From Bradymonadia bacterium (GTDB lineage Bacteria > Myxococcota_A > Bradymonadia > UBA7976 > UBA1532): a DNA stretch of 64,000 nucleotides. Position numbers and translations under genes: made by a program. A model generated the notes under the pieces. The model had not been told where the DNA came from. It ran no database searches and saw nothing but the letters and a program-made list of their open reading frames with translations. The stretch spans positions 39,003 to 103,002 of the forward strand of contig JBKAGE010000043.1 in assembly GCA_046290225.1 (NCBI GenBank), in the 5' to 3' direction. The first letter of the stretch is position 1; the number at the start of each line of letters is the position of its first letter. Positions 38,711 to 50,300 of the stretch are shown here, piece after piece.

Positions 38711-39613
38711 TCAGGGGGTCTCCATCAACAGCTCGGTGATGGAGCGATGGCGGCGGTCGAGATCGCTGCGGATCGACTTGAGTCGGGACTGACGGACGCC
38801 GCAGGCGGCGACGACATCGTCCATAGCCATACACAACTTCTGATAGTGCTTCGATGTGTAGGCCTCAAGAGCTCGGCGATCGTCACTCGGAAGCTGTCGC
38901 AGCCCCTCGAGAGGTGCCAGCACATCATCGGAGATGACACAGCGGGCGGCGAGCTCGATGTGATGCTCACTGTAATATGCTCTGAGTTGCTTGACCTGCT
39001 GAGCCATTTTGCGTCGATTGATGTTGGGCAGAAGATCGACAGCGCCGAGGGCGAGCTCTTCCACCGGGTCATCTGTGGCCTTCGTCGGCTTCAGCGACTG
39101 ACCCATTTCGCGCAGGCTCTGACAGACGCCGTGCTGATCTCTCAAGCGTCCCATTTGAATGGAGAGTTCTGACGATTCTTTGATGACCATCTCTCTCTGC
39201 TCCACGAGGGCCGCCACCACTTGCTCTCGGGCCAGATGGTTTTGAGTATCAAGCTTGGCATTCTGGAACAGCAGGAGTACCGTCTGAATGATCAGTACGG
39301 CAGCAGGCAGTATGGCGAAGAGCAGGCCAAAGAGTCCCACGCGGACAAATCGGGCAAAGGCGGCAGAAAAGAAGTCCACCGTCTCGGGTATGGGTGCGTG
39401 CTCGCGCTCGCCTTTTTGCCATGACTCTGCAGCCTCCGACAGGCGTCGGGCCGCCCGATTGAACGACCGCCCCAGCAGCGCCCTCGCCCCCCACCTGAGC
39501 GTGCGCTCCGACACACGCTCCACACGTGCCCTCTGAGCGAGCTGTGTCGTGAGTCTCTGGTTTTCGGCTTCGAGCGCTTCCAGCCTCGCCTTCAGGGCTG
39601 CCTCGTCTGACAT
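38711..39613 (-). CDS. Hypothetical membrane-anchored coiled-coil protein
   Basis: GGAGG RBS before ATG 39613; N-terminal coiled coil, one hydrophobic segment, helical C-terminus with several Cys. Confidence 0.65.
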   Translation of the reverse strand: MSDEAALKARLEALEAENQRLTTQLAQRARVERVSERTLRWGARALLGRSFNRAARRLSEAAESWQKGEREHAPIPETVDFFSAAFARFVRVGLFGLLFAILPAAVLIIQTVLLLFQNAKLDTQNHLAREQVVAALVEQREMVIKESSELSIQMGRLRDQHGVCQSLREMGQSLKPTKATDDPVEELALGAVDLLPNINRRKMAQQVKQLRAYYSEHHIELAARCVISDDVLAPLEGLRQLPSDDRRALEAYTSKHYQKLCMAMDDVVAACGVRQSRLKSIRSDLDRRHRSITELLMETP

Positions 39614-39664
39614 GGGACCTCCTCTGCTCTCCTCGCGCACTCGACCTGCCCGGGCCTCGACTCA

Positions 39665-41161
39665 ATGGGGGTCAACGCCCCGATGAGCGATTTACTGCCC
39701 AAGGTGTTCAAGCACATGTCGGCCCCGGTCTGGGTGCTTAACCTCTCCGATATGGCCTTTACCGAAGCCACCGGGAGTGCGTTGAACCTTTGGGGCTCGA
39801 CCGATCTACAGGCCCTCAACAGCCGACTGAAGGCCCCATCTTCCAAAATGTTCAGGGCCCGGTTGCGCAGCTATTGCGATCGAGTCGCCGACGGCAGAGT
39901 GCTCAAAGAGGCCTGGACCTTCTACCCCGAGGGCCGCCCCGTCAAGCGCGAGGTGACGCTGAGCGGCACGCGGTGCATGAAGGATCAGGTGTTCCTCATT
40001 GGCGAGGTACTCCCCCAAGCCCATGGTGAGCCAAGGGAGGGGGGCAACCTCGTCGCCGCGGTGAGCCATGAGCTGCGTACGCCGATGCATGCCGTGGTGG
40101 GCTTCCTCGATTTGCTCGCCGATGCTGGTCTCGACGAGCAACGTGGGGAGCTGGTGGACACCGCCCGTGGCGCCGCTGAGGGCATGATCGCTCTGCTTGA
40201 TGACTTGCTCGATGCAGCAAAACTCGCCTCAGGGCGCCTCGAGGTCGAGCGGATCCCCATGGACGTCTGGGCCATCTGCAAACGGTGCTGTCAGCTGGTC
40301 ATGCTCAGCGCGCACCGAAAAGGCCTGCGGGTCAATCTGCACATCGACGAAGACGTGCCTCGCTGGATCATGGGTGATCCTACGCGGCTGCAGCAGGTGA
40401 TCATCAATCTGCTCAGCAACGGGGTAAAGTTCACAGAGCGGGGCCGAGTGAGCCTGCATCTTGAGCTGTCAGAGCCCGAGATGGTGGTCTTCAAGGTGCA
40501 GGACACGGGCATCGGTATGAGCCCGCAGGCGGTGGCGCAGATCTTCGAGGCCTTCACTCAGGCTGACCCCACGGTGGCCCGCAGGTTCGGCGGTACCGGC
40601 CTGGGGTTGTCGATCTGCCGCGAGTTGGTGGAGCGGATGAACGGTCAGATCGAGGTGGAGAGCCAGGAGGGGAGGGGGACGCTGTTCTGGTTCACGCTCC
40701 CCGCTGAGCCCGCCGATGGCCTGACCCCGATGCCTGAAGAGTCGCCCCCAGTGGCCGATAAAGCGCTGTCGGTGCTCGTCGCCGAAGACAACCCCGTCAA
40801 CCAGCGGCTGGTTCGGCTGATGCTCGGGCGCATGGGCCATGACTGCACCCTCGTCACCGATGGCATCGCTGCCATCGAGGCATGGCGTGGCGAGGGGTCC
40901 TTCGACGCGATTTTGATGGACGTGCAGATGCCCAAGATGGACGGCCTCACGGCGAGCAGGCTGCTCCGGGAAGAGGGGTGCACTCTGCCCATCGTCGGCG
41001 TGACGGCGAACGCCTCCCCAGAAGAGACGCGCTTGTGCCTCTCAGCGGGGATGAGCGTTGTCCTCGGCAAGCCCTATCGGCTCTCTCAACTCGCTGAGGT
41101 GCTTACGGTGCACGTGGAGGGCGCTGGGACCCGGACCGCGCGCCCGATCTTCGACGACTGA
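39665..41161 (+). CDS. Hybrid sensor histidine kinase/response regulator (PAS-like input, HisKA, HATPase, REC)
   Basis: SHELRTPM, RLQQVIINLLSNGVKFT, DTGIG, GGTGLGL, LVAEDNPVN, ILMDVQMPKMDG. Start may be ATG 39683. Confidence 0.92.
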   Translation: MGVNAPMSDLLPKVFKHMSAPVWVLNLSDMAFTEATGSALNLWGSTDLQALNSRLKAPSSKMFRARLRSYCDRVADGRVLKEAWTFYPEGRPVKREVTLSGTRCMKDQVFLIGEVLPQAHGEPREGGNLVAAVSHELRTPMHAVVGFLDLLADAGLDEQRGELVDTARGAAEGMIALLDDLLDAAKLASGRLEVERIPMDVWAICKRCCQLVMLSAHRKGLRVNLHIDEDVPRWIMGDPTRLQQVIINLLSNGVKFTERGRVSLHLELSEPEMVVFKVQDTGIGMSPQAVAQIFEAFTQADPTVARRFGGTGLGLSICRELVERMNGQIEVESQEGRGTLFWFTLPAEPADGLTPMPEESPPVADKALSVLVAEDNPVNQRLVRLMLGRMGHDCTLVTDGIAAIEAWRGEGSFDAILMDVQMPKMDGLTASRLLREEGCTLPIVGVTANASPEETRLCLSAGMSVVLGKPYRLSQLAEVLTVHVEGAGTRTARPIFDD

Positions 41162-41174
41162 GCGCGCTGCACAC

Positions 41175-41927
41175 TCAGGGCGCTTTTGGCTTGAGGCGCT
41201 TCTTCTTGCCTTTGCCCGCTGTGTCCAAACCACATCGCAGATCCTTGCCTTTGCACATCGCCACGTTGCCCGGCACGCGGAGCTGACCACCCTCGTCTGC
41301 TCGAGCACGGCCGATCAGGGTGACCTGCTGCCCGATCAACGGCCGCCATTTCTCTACGCGTTTGGGCCCTCGAGTCACGGGCCCGATGATGATCTCTGCG
41401 TTGTCTTCCGCCATGTGCATGCGGGCGGTGACTTCGCCCTCGGGGCTGACATCGACGGATTTCAGCGTGCCTTCGTATCGCGACCAGCGACCCAGGCGCA
41501 GCCCGATTTGATGCGCACTCATCACGGTGAAGGGGGTCGGGATGCCATCGACGCTTTCGTTGGGTGTCTGCCAGGGCACCAGCGTGATCGACTCCACCTC
41601 GAAGTGCTCGCCGGTCACGTGCTGCGTCATCGGCGAAGGGGTATAGGGTCGCCCGGTGACTTCCACCCTGCGATTGGCGAACTTGAACTCCTCCGGCACG
41701 GGTCGATAGCTGCGGATGAAGGGACTCAGCCCGGACTCTCGATGCAGGAGCACGGGCTGGAATCGCTTTCCACCGGGCAGAGGTGTGACTTCATAGTCGG
41801 CGACGAAGGTCATCCGCTTGCCGTACGTGGGCGCGTAGGGATCGGGCTCGGCCTGACTGTCGGGCTCACCCGCAGAGGCGGTGAGGGCCACACTGCTGGT
41901 GAGCAGGAAGGCGAGGGGGCGCTTCAT
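41175..41927 (-). CDS. Secreted hypothetical protein, possibly two OB-fold-like repeats
   Basis: GGGAGG RBS; signal peptide ASA|GE; repeated NRRVEVTGR / GQQVTLIGR motif. Confidence 0.6.
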   Translation of the reverse strand: MKRPLAFLLTSSVALTASAGEPDSQAEPDPYAPTYGKRMTFVADYEVTPLPGGKRFQPVLLHRESGLSPFIRSYRPVPEEFKFANRRVEVTGRPYTPSPMTQHVTGEHFEVESITLVPWQTPNESVDGIPTPFTVMSAHQIGLRLGRWSRYEGTLKSVDVSPEGEVTARMHMAEDNAEIIIGPVTRGPKRVEKWRPLIGQQVTLIGRARADEGGQLRVPGNVAMCKGKDLRCGLDTAGKGKKKRLKPKAP

Positions 41928-41989
41928 GATTCCTCCCGGGTTGGGACCTCTTATTTCTGTCTACGGGTGACGAGGGGTAGCATCAGCCC

Positions 41990-42949
41990 ATGCACGATCC
42001 CACCGAACATGATCCCATAGGTGCGTTTCGACGTTACTTGCAGATCGAACGACGAGCCAGTCCCCGCACTGTAGATGGCTACCTGCGCGACGTGGGCCAG
42101 TTCGCACGGTTCCTCGACGGCCTCACGCCGCCGGTACCGGTGCTGAGCGCGGAGCGCGATCATGTGCGCTGGTTCCTCAAGGCGCTCCATGATGGAGGCC
42201 TGTCGGCCACCACGGTCAATCGCAAGGTGTCGGCCATCAAAGCCCTCTACCGTTTTTTGCTGCGAGGTGAGCACATCGAGGTGGATCCCACGGCGCGCAT
42301 CTCCACACCCAAACGCCCACGACAGGCCCCTCGATTCCTCACTGCTGACGACGCCGCCCGTCTGGTGACCTCGCCGGCAGGGGCGACCCCCATGGCTGCT
42401 CGAGATGTGGCGGTGTTGGAGCTGACCTATGGGGCTGGCCTGCGCGTCTCCGAGGTCGCGGGGTTGGACGTGGGCCACGTCGATATCGACCGCGGTCTGG
42501 TGCGTGTGACGGGTAAGGGGGACAAGACCCGGGTGGTGCCCATGGGACGCCACGCTGTGGAGTCATTGTCCACGTGGATGCTGCGGCGACCCGCATTGCT
42601 CGCCAAGGGCACGTCGCCCACCGAGGCGCTGTTCCTGAGCACCCGAGGTCGGCGCTTTGGCCCCAGGGCGATCCAACGCCTGGTGGAGCAACATCGCAGC
42701 GCCTGCGCCGAGGGGGGCGCGACCCCGCACTGGCTGCGTCACGCCTGCGCCACGCACATGCTCTCCAGCGGGGCTGATTTGCGGGCCATCCAGGAGATGC
42801 TGGGCCACGCCTCGTTGTCCACGACGCAGCGGTACACCCACGTCACCGTGGAAGCCCTCATGAAGGCCTATGACCAGGCGCACCCCCGGGCACGACAGCC
42901 CGCAGAGGATCGAGGCCCCGACGTTGACAACCCCAGGGGCGGTGCATAG
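41990..42949 (+). CDS. xerC: Tyrosine recombinase XerC
   Basis: [56 protein letters not shown]; upstream of hslVU. Confidence 0.9.
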   Translation: MHDPTEHDPIGAFRRYLQIERRASPRTVDGYLRDVGQFARFLDGLTPPVPVLSAERDHVRWFLKALHDGGLSATTVNRKVSAIKALYRFLLRGEHIEVDPTARISTPKRPRQAPRFLTADDAARLVTSPAGATPMAARDVAVLELTYGAGLRVSEVAGLDVGHVDIDRGLVRVTGKGDKTRVVPMGRHAVESLSTWMLRRPALLAKGTSPTEALFLSTRGRRFGPRAIQRLVEQHRSACAEGGATPHWLRHACATHMLSSGADLRAIQEMLGHASLSTTQRYTHVTVEALMKAYDQAHPRARQPAEDRGPDVDNPRGGA

Positions 42950-42987
42950 GGGTTCAGACCTGCACACGCTTCGGAGTCAGCCCCTTC

Positions 42988-43560
42988 ATGTCAGCACACG
43001 CCTCAGGCCCTTCTTCGGCCCCGACGTTCCACGGGACCACCATCCTCGCCGTCCGTCGAGGCCACCAGCTCGTCTTTTGCGGCGATGGCCAGGTCTCCCT
43101 CGGTCAGACCGTGATGAAAGGCAACGCCGTCAAGGTCAGGCGGCTGCCCGAGGGCAAGGTGCTCGTGGGCTTTGCCGGTGCCACCGCCGACGCCTTCACC
43201 CTGCTCGAGAAGTTCGAGGCCCAGCTGAAGAACCACAACCGCAACCTTGTGCGGGCGGCGGTGGAGCTGGCCAAGGAGTGGCGCACTGATCGCTACCTGA
43301 GGCGCCTTGAGGCGCTGCTGCTCATCGGTGATCGCGATCGCACCCTGCTCATCAGTGGCACCGGCGACGTCATCGAGCCCGATGGCGACGCCATCGCCAT
43401 CGGCAGCGGAGGTCACTACGCCCTCGCCGCCGCCAGGGCCCTGCTGGCCCACACCGATCTGGACGCCCGCACCGTGGCCACCGAGGCCATGGGCATCGCC
43501 GCGGGCATCGACATCTATACCAACGGCAACCTTGTGGTGGAGGCCCTCGACATCTCATGA
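42988..43560 (+). CDS. hslV: ATP-dependent protease subunit HslV
   Basis: [45 protein letters not shown]. Confidence 0.97.
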   Translation: MSAHASGPSSAPTFHGTTILAVRRGHQLVFCGDGQVSLGQTVMKGNAVKVRRLPEGKVLVGFAGATADAFTLLEKFEAQLKNHNRNLVRAAVELAKEWRTDRYLRRLEALLLIGDRDRTLLISGTGDVIEPDGDAIAIGSGGHYALAAARALLAHTDLDARTVATEAMGIAAGIDIYTNGNLVVEALDIS

Positions 43561-44972
43561 GTCAGACCCAACCTGTCTTTACCCCCCGAGAGACCGTCTC
43601 CGAGCTCGACCGCTACGTCGTCGGGCAGCACAAGGCCAAGCGCGCCGTCGCCGTGGCGCTGCGCAATCGCTGGCGGCGACGTCGAGTGCCGGAGGATCTC
43701 CGCGATGAGATCGCCCCGAAGAACATTTTGATGATCGGCCCCACCGGCGTGGGCAAGACCGAGATCGCCCGGCGCCTCGCCAAGATCGGCCAGGCCCCCT
43801 TCATCAAGGTGGAGGCGAGCAAGTTCACCGAGGTGGGCTACGTGGGCCGCGATGTGGAGTCGATGATCCGCGATCTCACGGACATCGGGGTGCAGATGGT
43901 CAAAGCCGAAGAGATGCACAGGGTGGAGACCAACGCCCAGCGGATGGCTGAGGAGAAGCTCGTGGAGCTGCTCGGCGGCGGCGAGACCCAGGCCCCGGCT
44001 CCACAGAACTACTTCTCCGTGGGCCCCGACGGCACCGCCTCACAACAGGGCCAGAGCCTGAGCAAGGATCGCAAGAACGAGCTGCTCAAGCAGCTGCGCC
44101 GCGGCGAGCTGGACGATCAGTACGTCACGCTGCAGACCACCGACACCCAACTGCCCATGATGGAGGTCTTCAGCAGCCCGGGGCTCGAGGGCATGGGCCT
44201 CAACATGAAGGAGATGTTGAGCAACCTCGGCCTGAACCAGATGGGCGGTGGCCGCGCTCAAAAAGAGAAGAAGGTGCCGGTGCCCGAGGCCCTCAAGATC
44301 CTCACCGCCGAGGAGAGCGCCAAGCTCGTGGACATGGACGCGGTGATGGAGAAGGCCCTTGATCGCGTACAGCACAACGGCATCGTATTCCTCGACGAGA
44401 TCGACAAGATCGCCGGTGGCGTCAGTCGCCCTGGGGGCGGGAGCGGCCCCGACGTGAGCCGGGGCGGGGTGCAGCGCGATCTGTTGCCCATCGTCGAAGG
44501 CACCTCGGTGAGCACGAAGCACGGGGTGGTCAAAACGGATCACATCCTGTTCATCGCCGCTGGGGCCTTCCACGTGGCATCGGTGAGCGATCTCATCCCT
44601 GAGCTGCAGGGGCGCTTCCCAATCCGCGTAGAGCTGGAGAGCCTTGGGGAGGAGGAGTTCCTGCGGATCCTCACTGAGCCCCGAAACAGCCTCGTGCGGC
44701 AATACGAGGCACTGCTGGCCACTGAGGGCATCACGCTGGAGTTCACCGACGACGCCCTGCGCCGTCTGGCCCAGGTGGCCTACGAAGCCAACACCCGTCT
44801 GGAAAACATCGGTGCCCGTCGCCTGCACACGGTGATGGAGACCCTGCTCGAGGACATCTCGTTCCGCGCACCTGAGCTCACGGACAAGCACGTGAAGGTG
44901 GACGCTGCTCTGGTGGACGAGCGCCTGGGCAAGGTGCTCGCCGACGAAGATCTGAGCCGATACATCCTCTGA
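43557..44972 (+). CDS. hslU: ATP-dependent protease ATPase subunit HslU
   Basis: [54 protein letters not shown]-terminal DLSRYIL. Confidence 0.97.
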   Translation: MSQTQPVFTPRETVSELDRYVVGQHKAKRAVAVALRNRWRRRRVPEDLRDEIAPKNILMIGPTGVGKTEIARRLAKIGQAPFIKVEASKFTEVGYVGRDVESMIRDLTDIGVQMVKAEEMHRVETNAQRMAEEKLVELLGGGETQAPAPQNYFSVGPDGTASQQGQSLSKDRKNELLKQLRRGELDDQYVTLQTTDTQLPMMEVFSSPGLEGMGLNMKEMLSNLGLNQMGGGRAQKEKKVPVPEALKILTAEESAKLVDMDAVMEKALDRVQHNGIVFLDEIDKIAGGVSRPGGGSGPDVSRGGVQRDLLPIVEGTSVSTKHGVVKTDHILFIAAGAFHVASVSDLIPELQGRFPIRVELESLGEEEFLRILTEPRNSLVRQYEALLATEGITLEFTDDALRRLAQVAYEANTRLENIGARRLHTVMETLLEDISFRAPELTDKHVKVDAALVDERLGKVLADEDLSRYIL

Positions 44973-45011
44973 GGGCTGTCGCTGGGGGGCGCATGTTCAC
45001 ACGCGATGGCT

Positions 45012-45561
45012 GGTTCGAGTTGGGCTGTGACGAAGGTTGAGGCTGAGCCCTTGTAGGCAGTCGTCGCTTCGCTCCGCCTGCGTAGGCGCCCGGCCTTCGG
45101 CACATCTTCGATGCGCCTCGTCGGTCGCGTACACGTTCGGGCATCCGCTAACGCGGTACCCCTCCGGGTAGGCAGGGTCGCTCAATGCTGACGCATTGTT
45201 TGCTCGCTCCCCTGCGTAAAGAGCTTCTTCTGTATCTTGTTGCTGAACCCCGCCGGAATTCGACCTGCCGCGAACCTGCAAGTCTCTGAGCTTCAGCGTT
45301 CTGCGTAAGCCCCAACAGCATTGGAAACACTCTGGAGCCACACCCAAACTGACTCTTTACGCAGGTGAGCGAGCAAGAAGGGCGAAGCCCTGAGCGACCC
45401 TGCCTACCCGGAGGCCTGCTCGCGCCAGCGAGTACGCCGACGTGTACGCAGCTCCAAGGCGGGCCGAAGGCCGGCCGACAAAGCTGCCTACGCAGGCGGA
45501 GCGCAGCGACGACTGCCTACAAAGACCCAGCCACAGACCCCATCTTTGCCCGATTCGATCC
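45012..45561. repeat. ~550-bp foldback element: two ~210-bp imperfect inverted arms of REP-like GTAGGC hairpin modules around a ~130-bp core
   Basis: 45051-45223 aligns with the reverse complement of 45353-45522 (e.g. TTGTAGGCAGTCGTCGCTnCGCTCCGCCTGCGTAGGC; CCTCCGGGTAGGCAGGGTCGCTCA; TTGCTCGCTCnCCTGCGTAAAGAG); weaker colinear match extends to 45012/45561. Confidence 0.85.
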
Positions 45562-45732
45562 TCGGTGAGCTCTTTATCATCCTGCACAGCTCTCGCATGC
45601 CAGATAGAGCATTCCTAACCACCATCGAAAAGAACTGCCCCCTGGGTCTGTAAAGGCCACCTGGTGGTGCAGGGTTGCTCCCTGCCCATCACCAGATACA
45701 GGCCACCACCGTGGCCGTGGAGGTGGATCGAG

Positions 45733-47334
45733 ATGGGTACGACGACCCGTAGGGGTTTCATGCAGGCGCTGGGCGCGGGGGTGGCCTCCATGGCCCTCCC
45801 GCCCTTCGCTCGAGCTGCGGCGGGCCAGTGGGGGGCGCCCATGCCCGAGATTGGATACGTCGCAGACACACAATACAAAATTCTGGAGGTCTTCCATGTG
45901 GGTGGTCTCTCGTTCTGGGAGACCTTCTGGCTCGAGCAGTCGGTAGAGGGCAGCTCCGGCTTCGTCGACACCTCTGGCAACCCTGTGAGCATCGACGCCA
46001 AGGGGGCAGAGGCCAAGATGCTGGCGCTGCCCTGGAGCTGTGACTCACCCCCTGAAGGCAATCGGGTGAAGTCCTTCGGTCAGGACGAGAGTGGGCGGTC
46101 TGTCTATTGGGGGCCGGCGACACAGCCGCTCTGGGATACGCTGGCCTTTGAGAATTGCCGAATGGTGGCGATGGCCCACACGCTGGATCCACACGACGCT
46201 GCCGTGCCCTTCGCCATCACGGGCAGTACATTGGGGGGGGCGAATTTCGCCGGGCTGGGCGCCGCCCTCGATCGGCGGCATCGCGCCCAACTGGCAGACG
46301 CTGCGGTGAACGATCCGCTCCAGGCAGAGTGGCTCAAGCGACCGTTCTCGTACGTGCTGGCGCCCAACCCCACCCACGCCACTTTTCGCCGAATGTTGTC
46401 TGCCTTCACTGCTACGGGAAGTCATGGAGGGCAACACCGCCCATTGTGGCTGGACATTGGCCCTCAGGGGCTGGGTGACGCGCTCTTGAGTCAGGGGGTC
46501 ACCTCAGCGGCCCGAAACTATCTCGCGAAGCTCCGAGGACAGTATCGACAACAGATGCGCTGGCAGGGGATCGGCGACCATATCCGATCGAAGGGGTACG
46601 AAGACTACAGAGCGGCTCAGGAGATCCTGACCAACGGTGAGGTGCTGCATGGGTTCCTCGGCGGAGACGCCATCGTCGCCAGCCCTGGGGATTCGTGTAC
46701 GGGGGGCAAGGCCAACCTCTCTCTCAACCGCACGACGCATCAGCTCGACCTCGCCGCCATGCTCCTGAACGACGACATCGGCGGCGCTCGTTATGTCTCG
46801 GTCATCGACGGCGGGTTCGAGCAGCCGTTCTTCGCCGGCTATGACACCCACGACGAAGCGATCACGTCGCACACGGCGATCACCTGTGGCGGGGTGCACA
46901 ATGTCGCCCAGAAGCTCGCTCAGCTCATCTCCGATGGCAGCATCGATCTTGAAGACACGATGATCATCATCAACACCGAGTTCGGCCGGTCGGTCAGCTT
47001 CATCCCCGAGACAGATTCGCGGGACTATCACGGCTACCGCGGGTATCTGAATCTGCTGATCGGCGGCCCCATCACGGGCCGGAGCATCGCGGGCAGCCTC
47101 GACGACAACGGTATGGCCCGGACGCCCGGGTACTCAGTCTCTGTTGCAGAAGAAGAAGGCCATTCGCCTGCGGACACGCGGGGGGCGGCGCTCATGGCTG
47201 CGGGCATCAACCCCTTCGCCGAGGGCCTCTTCGCGGTGAGCAGCTTCTCGCCGAGCCTGAGATCTGGCGTCGAGGGGACTGAGCTCGAGGTGGCACAGCG
47301 GATCAGGAGCCGGATCCTGGGGGTGCCCTCATGA
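45733..47334 (+). CDS. Tat-exported DUF1501-family protein
   Basis: GGAGG RBS, ATG 45733; twin-arginine TRRGFMQAL; GYDTH and DTMIIINTEFGRS motifs. Confidence 0.8.
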   Translation: MGTTTRRGFMQALGAGVASMALPPFARAAAGQWGAPMPEIGYVADTQYKILEVFHVGGLSFWETFWLEQSVEGSSGFVDTSGNPVSIDAKGAEAKMLALPWSCDSPPEGNRVKSFGQDESGRSVYWGPATQPLWDTLAFENCRMVAMAHTLDPHDAAVPFAITGSTLGGANFAGLGAALDRRHRAQLADAAVNDPLQAEWLKRPFSYVLAPNPTHATFRRMLSAFTATGSHGGQHRPLWLDIGPQGLGDALLSQGVTSAARNYLAKLRGQYRQQMRWQGIGDHIRSKGYEDYRAAQEILTNGEVLHGFLGGDAIVASPGDSCTGGKANLSLNRTTHQLDLAAMLLNDDIGGARYVSVIDGGFEQPFFAGYDTHDEAITSHTAITCGGVHNVAQKLAQLISDGSIDLEDTMIIINTEFGRSVSFIPETDSRDYHGYRGYLNLLIGGPITGRSIAGSLDDNGMARTPGYSVSVAEEEGHSPADTRGAALMAAGINPFAEGLFAVSSFSPSLRSGVEGTELEVAQRIRSRILGVPS

Positions 47335-50300
47335 AGCATCCAAAGATGAGAGCCAGTCTGCTCAGCGCCTTTGCCGTGGTGATCGCGAGTGCATGTATTC
47401 CGCAGCCCCCGTTTGACGACGCGGGCGATCGCGCCTTTGTGGTGCAGGTTGTGTCCGAGCTGCTCGGCCGGCGCCTCGAGAGTCGAGCAGAGGAAGAGAC
47501 GCTCCTCAAGATCGTCGAGATCGTGGGTCGGGGGCCCCTGGTCGACGCGCTCATGGACACGGACGACTTCACAGAGCATTGGGGTGTCTTGATGCTCGAT
47601 CACTTGCAGGTCCAGCGCTCTGGAGAGCGGGCCGCGGTGAGAGAGTGCTTCGGCGAGGCGAGGCGGAAGGGGAGCGACGGGCAGATCGCCTTCGATGACG
47701 GCGAGCTCGCGCACTTCGTCTCGACACACAATGCAGAGGAGCATCCCTTTGGTGAGGCCCTCGACGAGATCCCCGACTGGGCTGAGGCTGCCGCAGCAGA
47801 CTGGAACATGCGAGATCTCATCTATTCCAGCATCAGGGCCGACAACCTGGCGCCGATCTACGAGGCCTACCTCTACCCGCTCGTGACCCGCACGGGCCAC
47901 GAGATACAGCCCGGTGAGGAGGCGGTGGTGGTGGGCAGCGCCATGGCCAACATCTATCTCAACCGGGAGGTGGGCTGTCTGCAGTGTCACAACGACGCGT
48001 TCAATGTCACCCCGCCGGATCGTTTCTTCCCCTTGAGGCCAGGGCTGGACGAAGCGATCTGGGGGAGCGCCACCGGCCCTGAGCTGCCCACCACCGCGGC
48101 CTTCGACCAGGCGCCCGGTGGCGGCTTCGTTGCCTTCCACCAGAAGATCCTCGGAGGTCCGCTCAAGCCGTGGAACATCAACCCCTGGTGCGCCTCGGGC
48201 AACAACTACGCACCGAGCACGCCAGGATTTCTGCCCCCAGAGCAGGCGCCGTCATACGAGGGGGAGTTGTCCCACTTCCAATCCGCCAACTTCGCGGGGA
48301 TCACGGGGCATCAGGCATCCATCCACGATGTGGCGCGTGCCTTCAGCGCGGGTGTCTCGGGTCTCGAGGCCGACGACAGCCCGCTGAAGGTCGAGGGCGT
48401 GCCGCTGAGCGGCCCTGAGGCCCTGGCCTACATGACCGCAGCCACTGTGGTGGAGAACATTTGGGCCCAGATCATGGGAGAGCGGCTCACCGTGGCCCAT
48501 CGGTTCGCCCGCACCAGCGAGCAGATGATGCTCCACGTCAGCTTGCTCGAAGGCGAGTTCCTGCCTCACCGCTGGTCTCTCAAGAAGGTGGTTCGGGCCA
48601 TTGTGTTGTCCCAGTGGTTCAACCGGCAGTCACCCGCCCACGGCGACGCGGGCCTCGGATCACCCCATCATTTGCCCACAGTGCTCGATCCGTGGAGCAA
48701 GCTGCTTGATCTGGTCGATCTCCCGGATGGTGTCGACGAGAACGATCCCAAGCTGCACTTCAACAGTCAGGGGGCGATCGTGCATCGCCGCCACCCGATG
48801 ACATTGTTAAGGTCGATCAGCGAGGCGCTGCTGTGGCCGACCACCGAAGTCTTCGCCAAGGAGGATGCGCTGACCGGGCCCTTCGGCAGCGGCCGATTCG
48901 CCCACGAGGTTGGGCAGTATCTCTCGGACTACGAGCCCGGCACCACAGGAGTGACCTTTCAAGGCCTGCTCGCCTGGGAGAGAGAGCTCGGCAGCTGCGC
49001 GAAGCCCGAGGCCATGGGCGACGCTCCGGACTGGATCGATCACCTCGTGACTCAGGCTGAGGGCGACGGCTTGCAGCCCTCGGTGAGAGATGCGGTGAAG
49101 GCGCTGAAGTACAGGCTCATCTCTGACAGCTGCATCGACAGCGCCGTAGGGGAAGGCGGCGATGTCTCGGAGGAGGCGCTGATCGAGGCCATCCTCGGTG
49201 TCGACGACCTGGATGGCGAGCTGAACACCCTCGGAGGCAGTGTCGCCGCCTCGACGAAGCTACGGCAGCTGTGTGGGGTGTTCCTCGAGAGCCCACAGTT
49301 CATGCTCGCGGGCCTGCCGCCTGCGCCTACCTGTGACACACCTCCTGGTGTCGAGGTCTGTGTGGAGCCACCATGCACTGTGAAGGATCACTGCGAGCAC
49401 TATCGGGCGCTCCTCAAACTTCATGGGGTTCACATCATGTGCGGACCCCAAGGCCCCGTGCCTGACCCATGGAATGGCGAGGGACCCTCTGAGGTGACCG
49501 AGCTGTGTCCGGCAGACACCTGCGCCCTTGTGGAGGACTTCAGCAAAGACTGTGGGCCGATGTCCACGGCGACATGTGAGACCGAGAAGCTCGCTGGCTG
49601 CAACCCCAGCTGCATCACCCAGGGGTGTTGTGGCCAGATCGAGCACTTCGAACTGCCAGAGCAGATGCCCCCGCTGCCTCGGCCTGCGGTCTTCCTCGCC
49701 AACGGGGAGGGGGCCATCGTCGAGTTGGCTGAGGGGGTGTTGATCCGGCCGGTTCGAGCCCGGGCCTTTGGTCCACTGCGCCCTGGTACGCGCCTCAACG
49801 CTGGAGACAGGCTCATCATCCGCAACGGCGCCCGACTCGAAGTCCGGGGAGAGCGCTTCCGGATGTCGACCCACGGGGCATTGCCTTCTCGCGTGCAGCC
49901 GTACATCGCGCCGCTGGAGCAGTCTCTGTTCGAGGCGGTGTCCCGTAGGGACGCCCGGGCTACGGAGAGGCTGATTGCAGGCGGAGCATGGCTCGATGTC
50001 TTCGATACCGAGGGTCGTACTCCGCTGATGTTCGCTGCCATCAATGGCGATCTTGCCACCGTGCAGGCGCTGGTGCGAGCAGGGGCGAACACAGGTCAGC
50101 GAGATCCGCATCGGATCAGCGCACTGGGGTATGCCCACCTGTATCGACAGCGGAGGGTGTTCGAGTGGCTCAGCAGATACGCTTCTGTGTCTCTGACTCG
50201 GGCGGAATCCAGCCTCAGGGCACTTCCGCCACCGGTTGAGCAGTCATGGCACATGGTGATCACCGGGCCGTCGGCCTGGGTGGATGCCCGCGACTTTGTA

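Noticed and set aside
41990..42949. Tyrosine recombinase as a phage/ICE integrase
   Set aside because: Size, motifs and position upstream of hslVU fit housekeeping XerC; no att repeats or mobile genes nearby.
45012..45561. CRISPR array or small CDSs in the hslU downstream repeat region
   Set aside because: The repeats are inverted and nested, not direct repeats with unique spacers; no cas genes; the short ORFs there are by-products of the palindrome.
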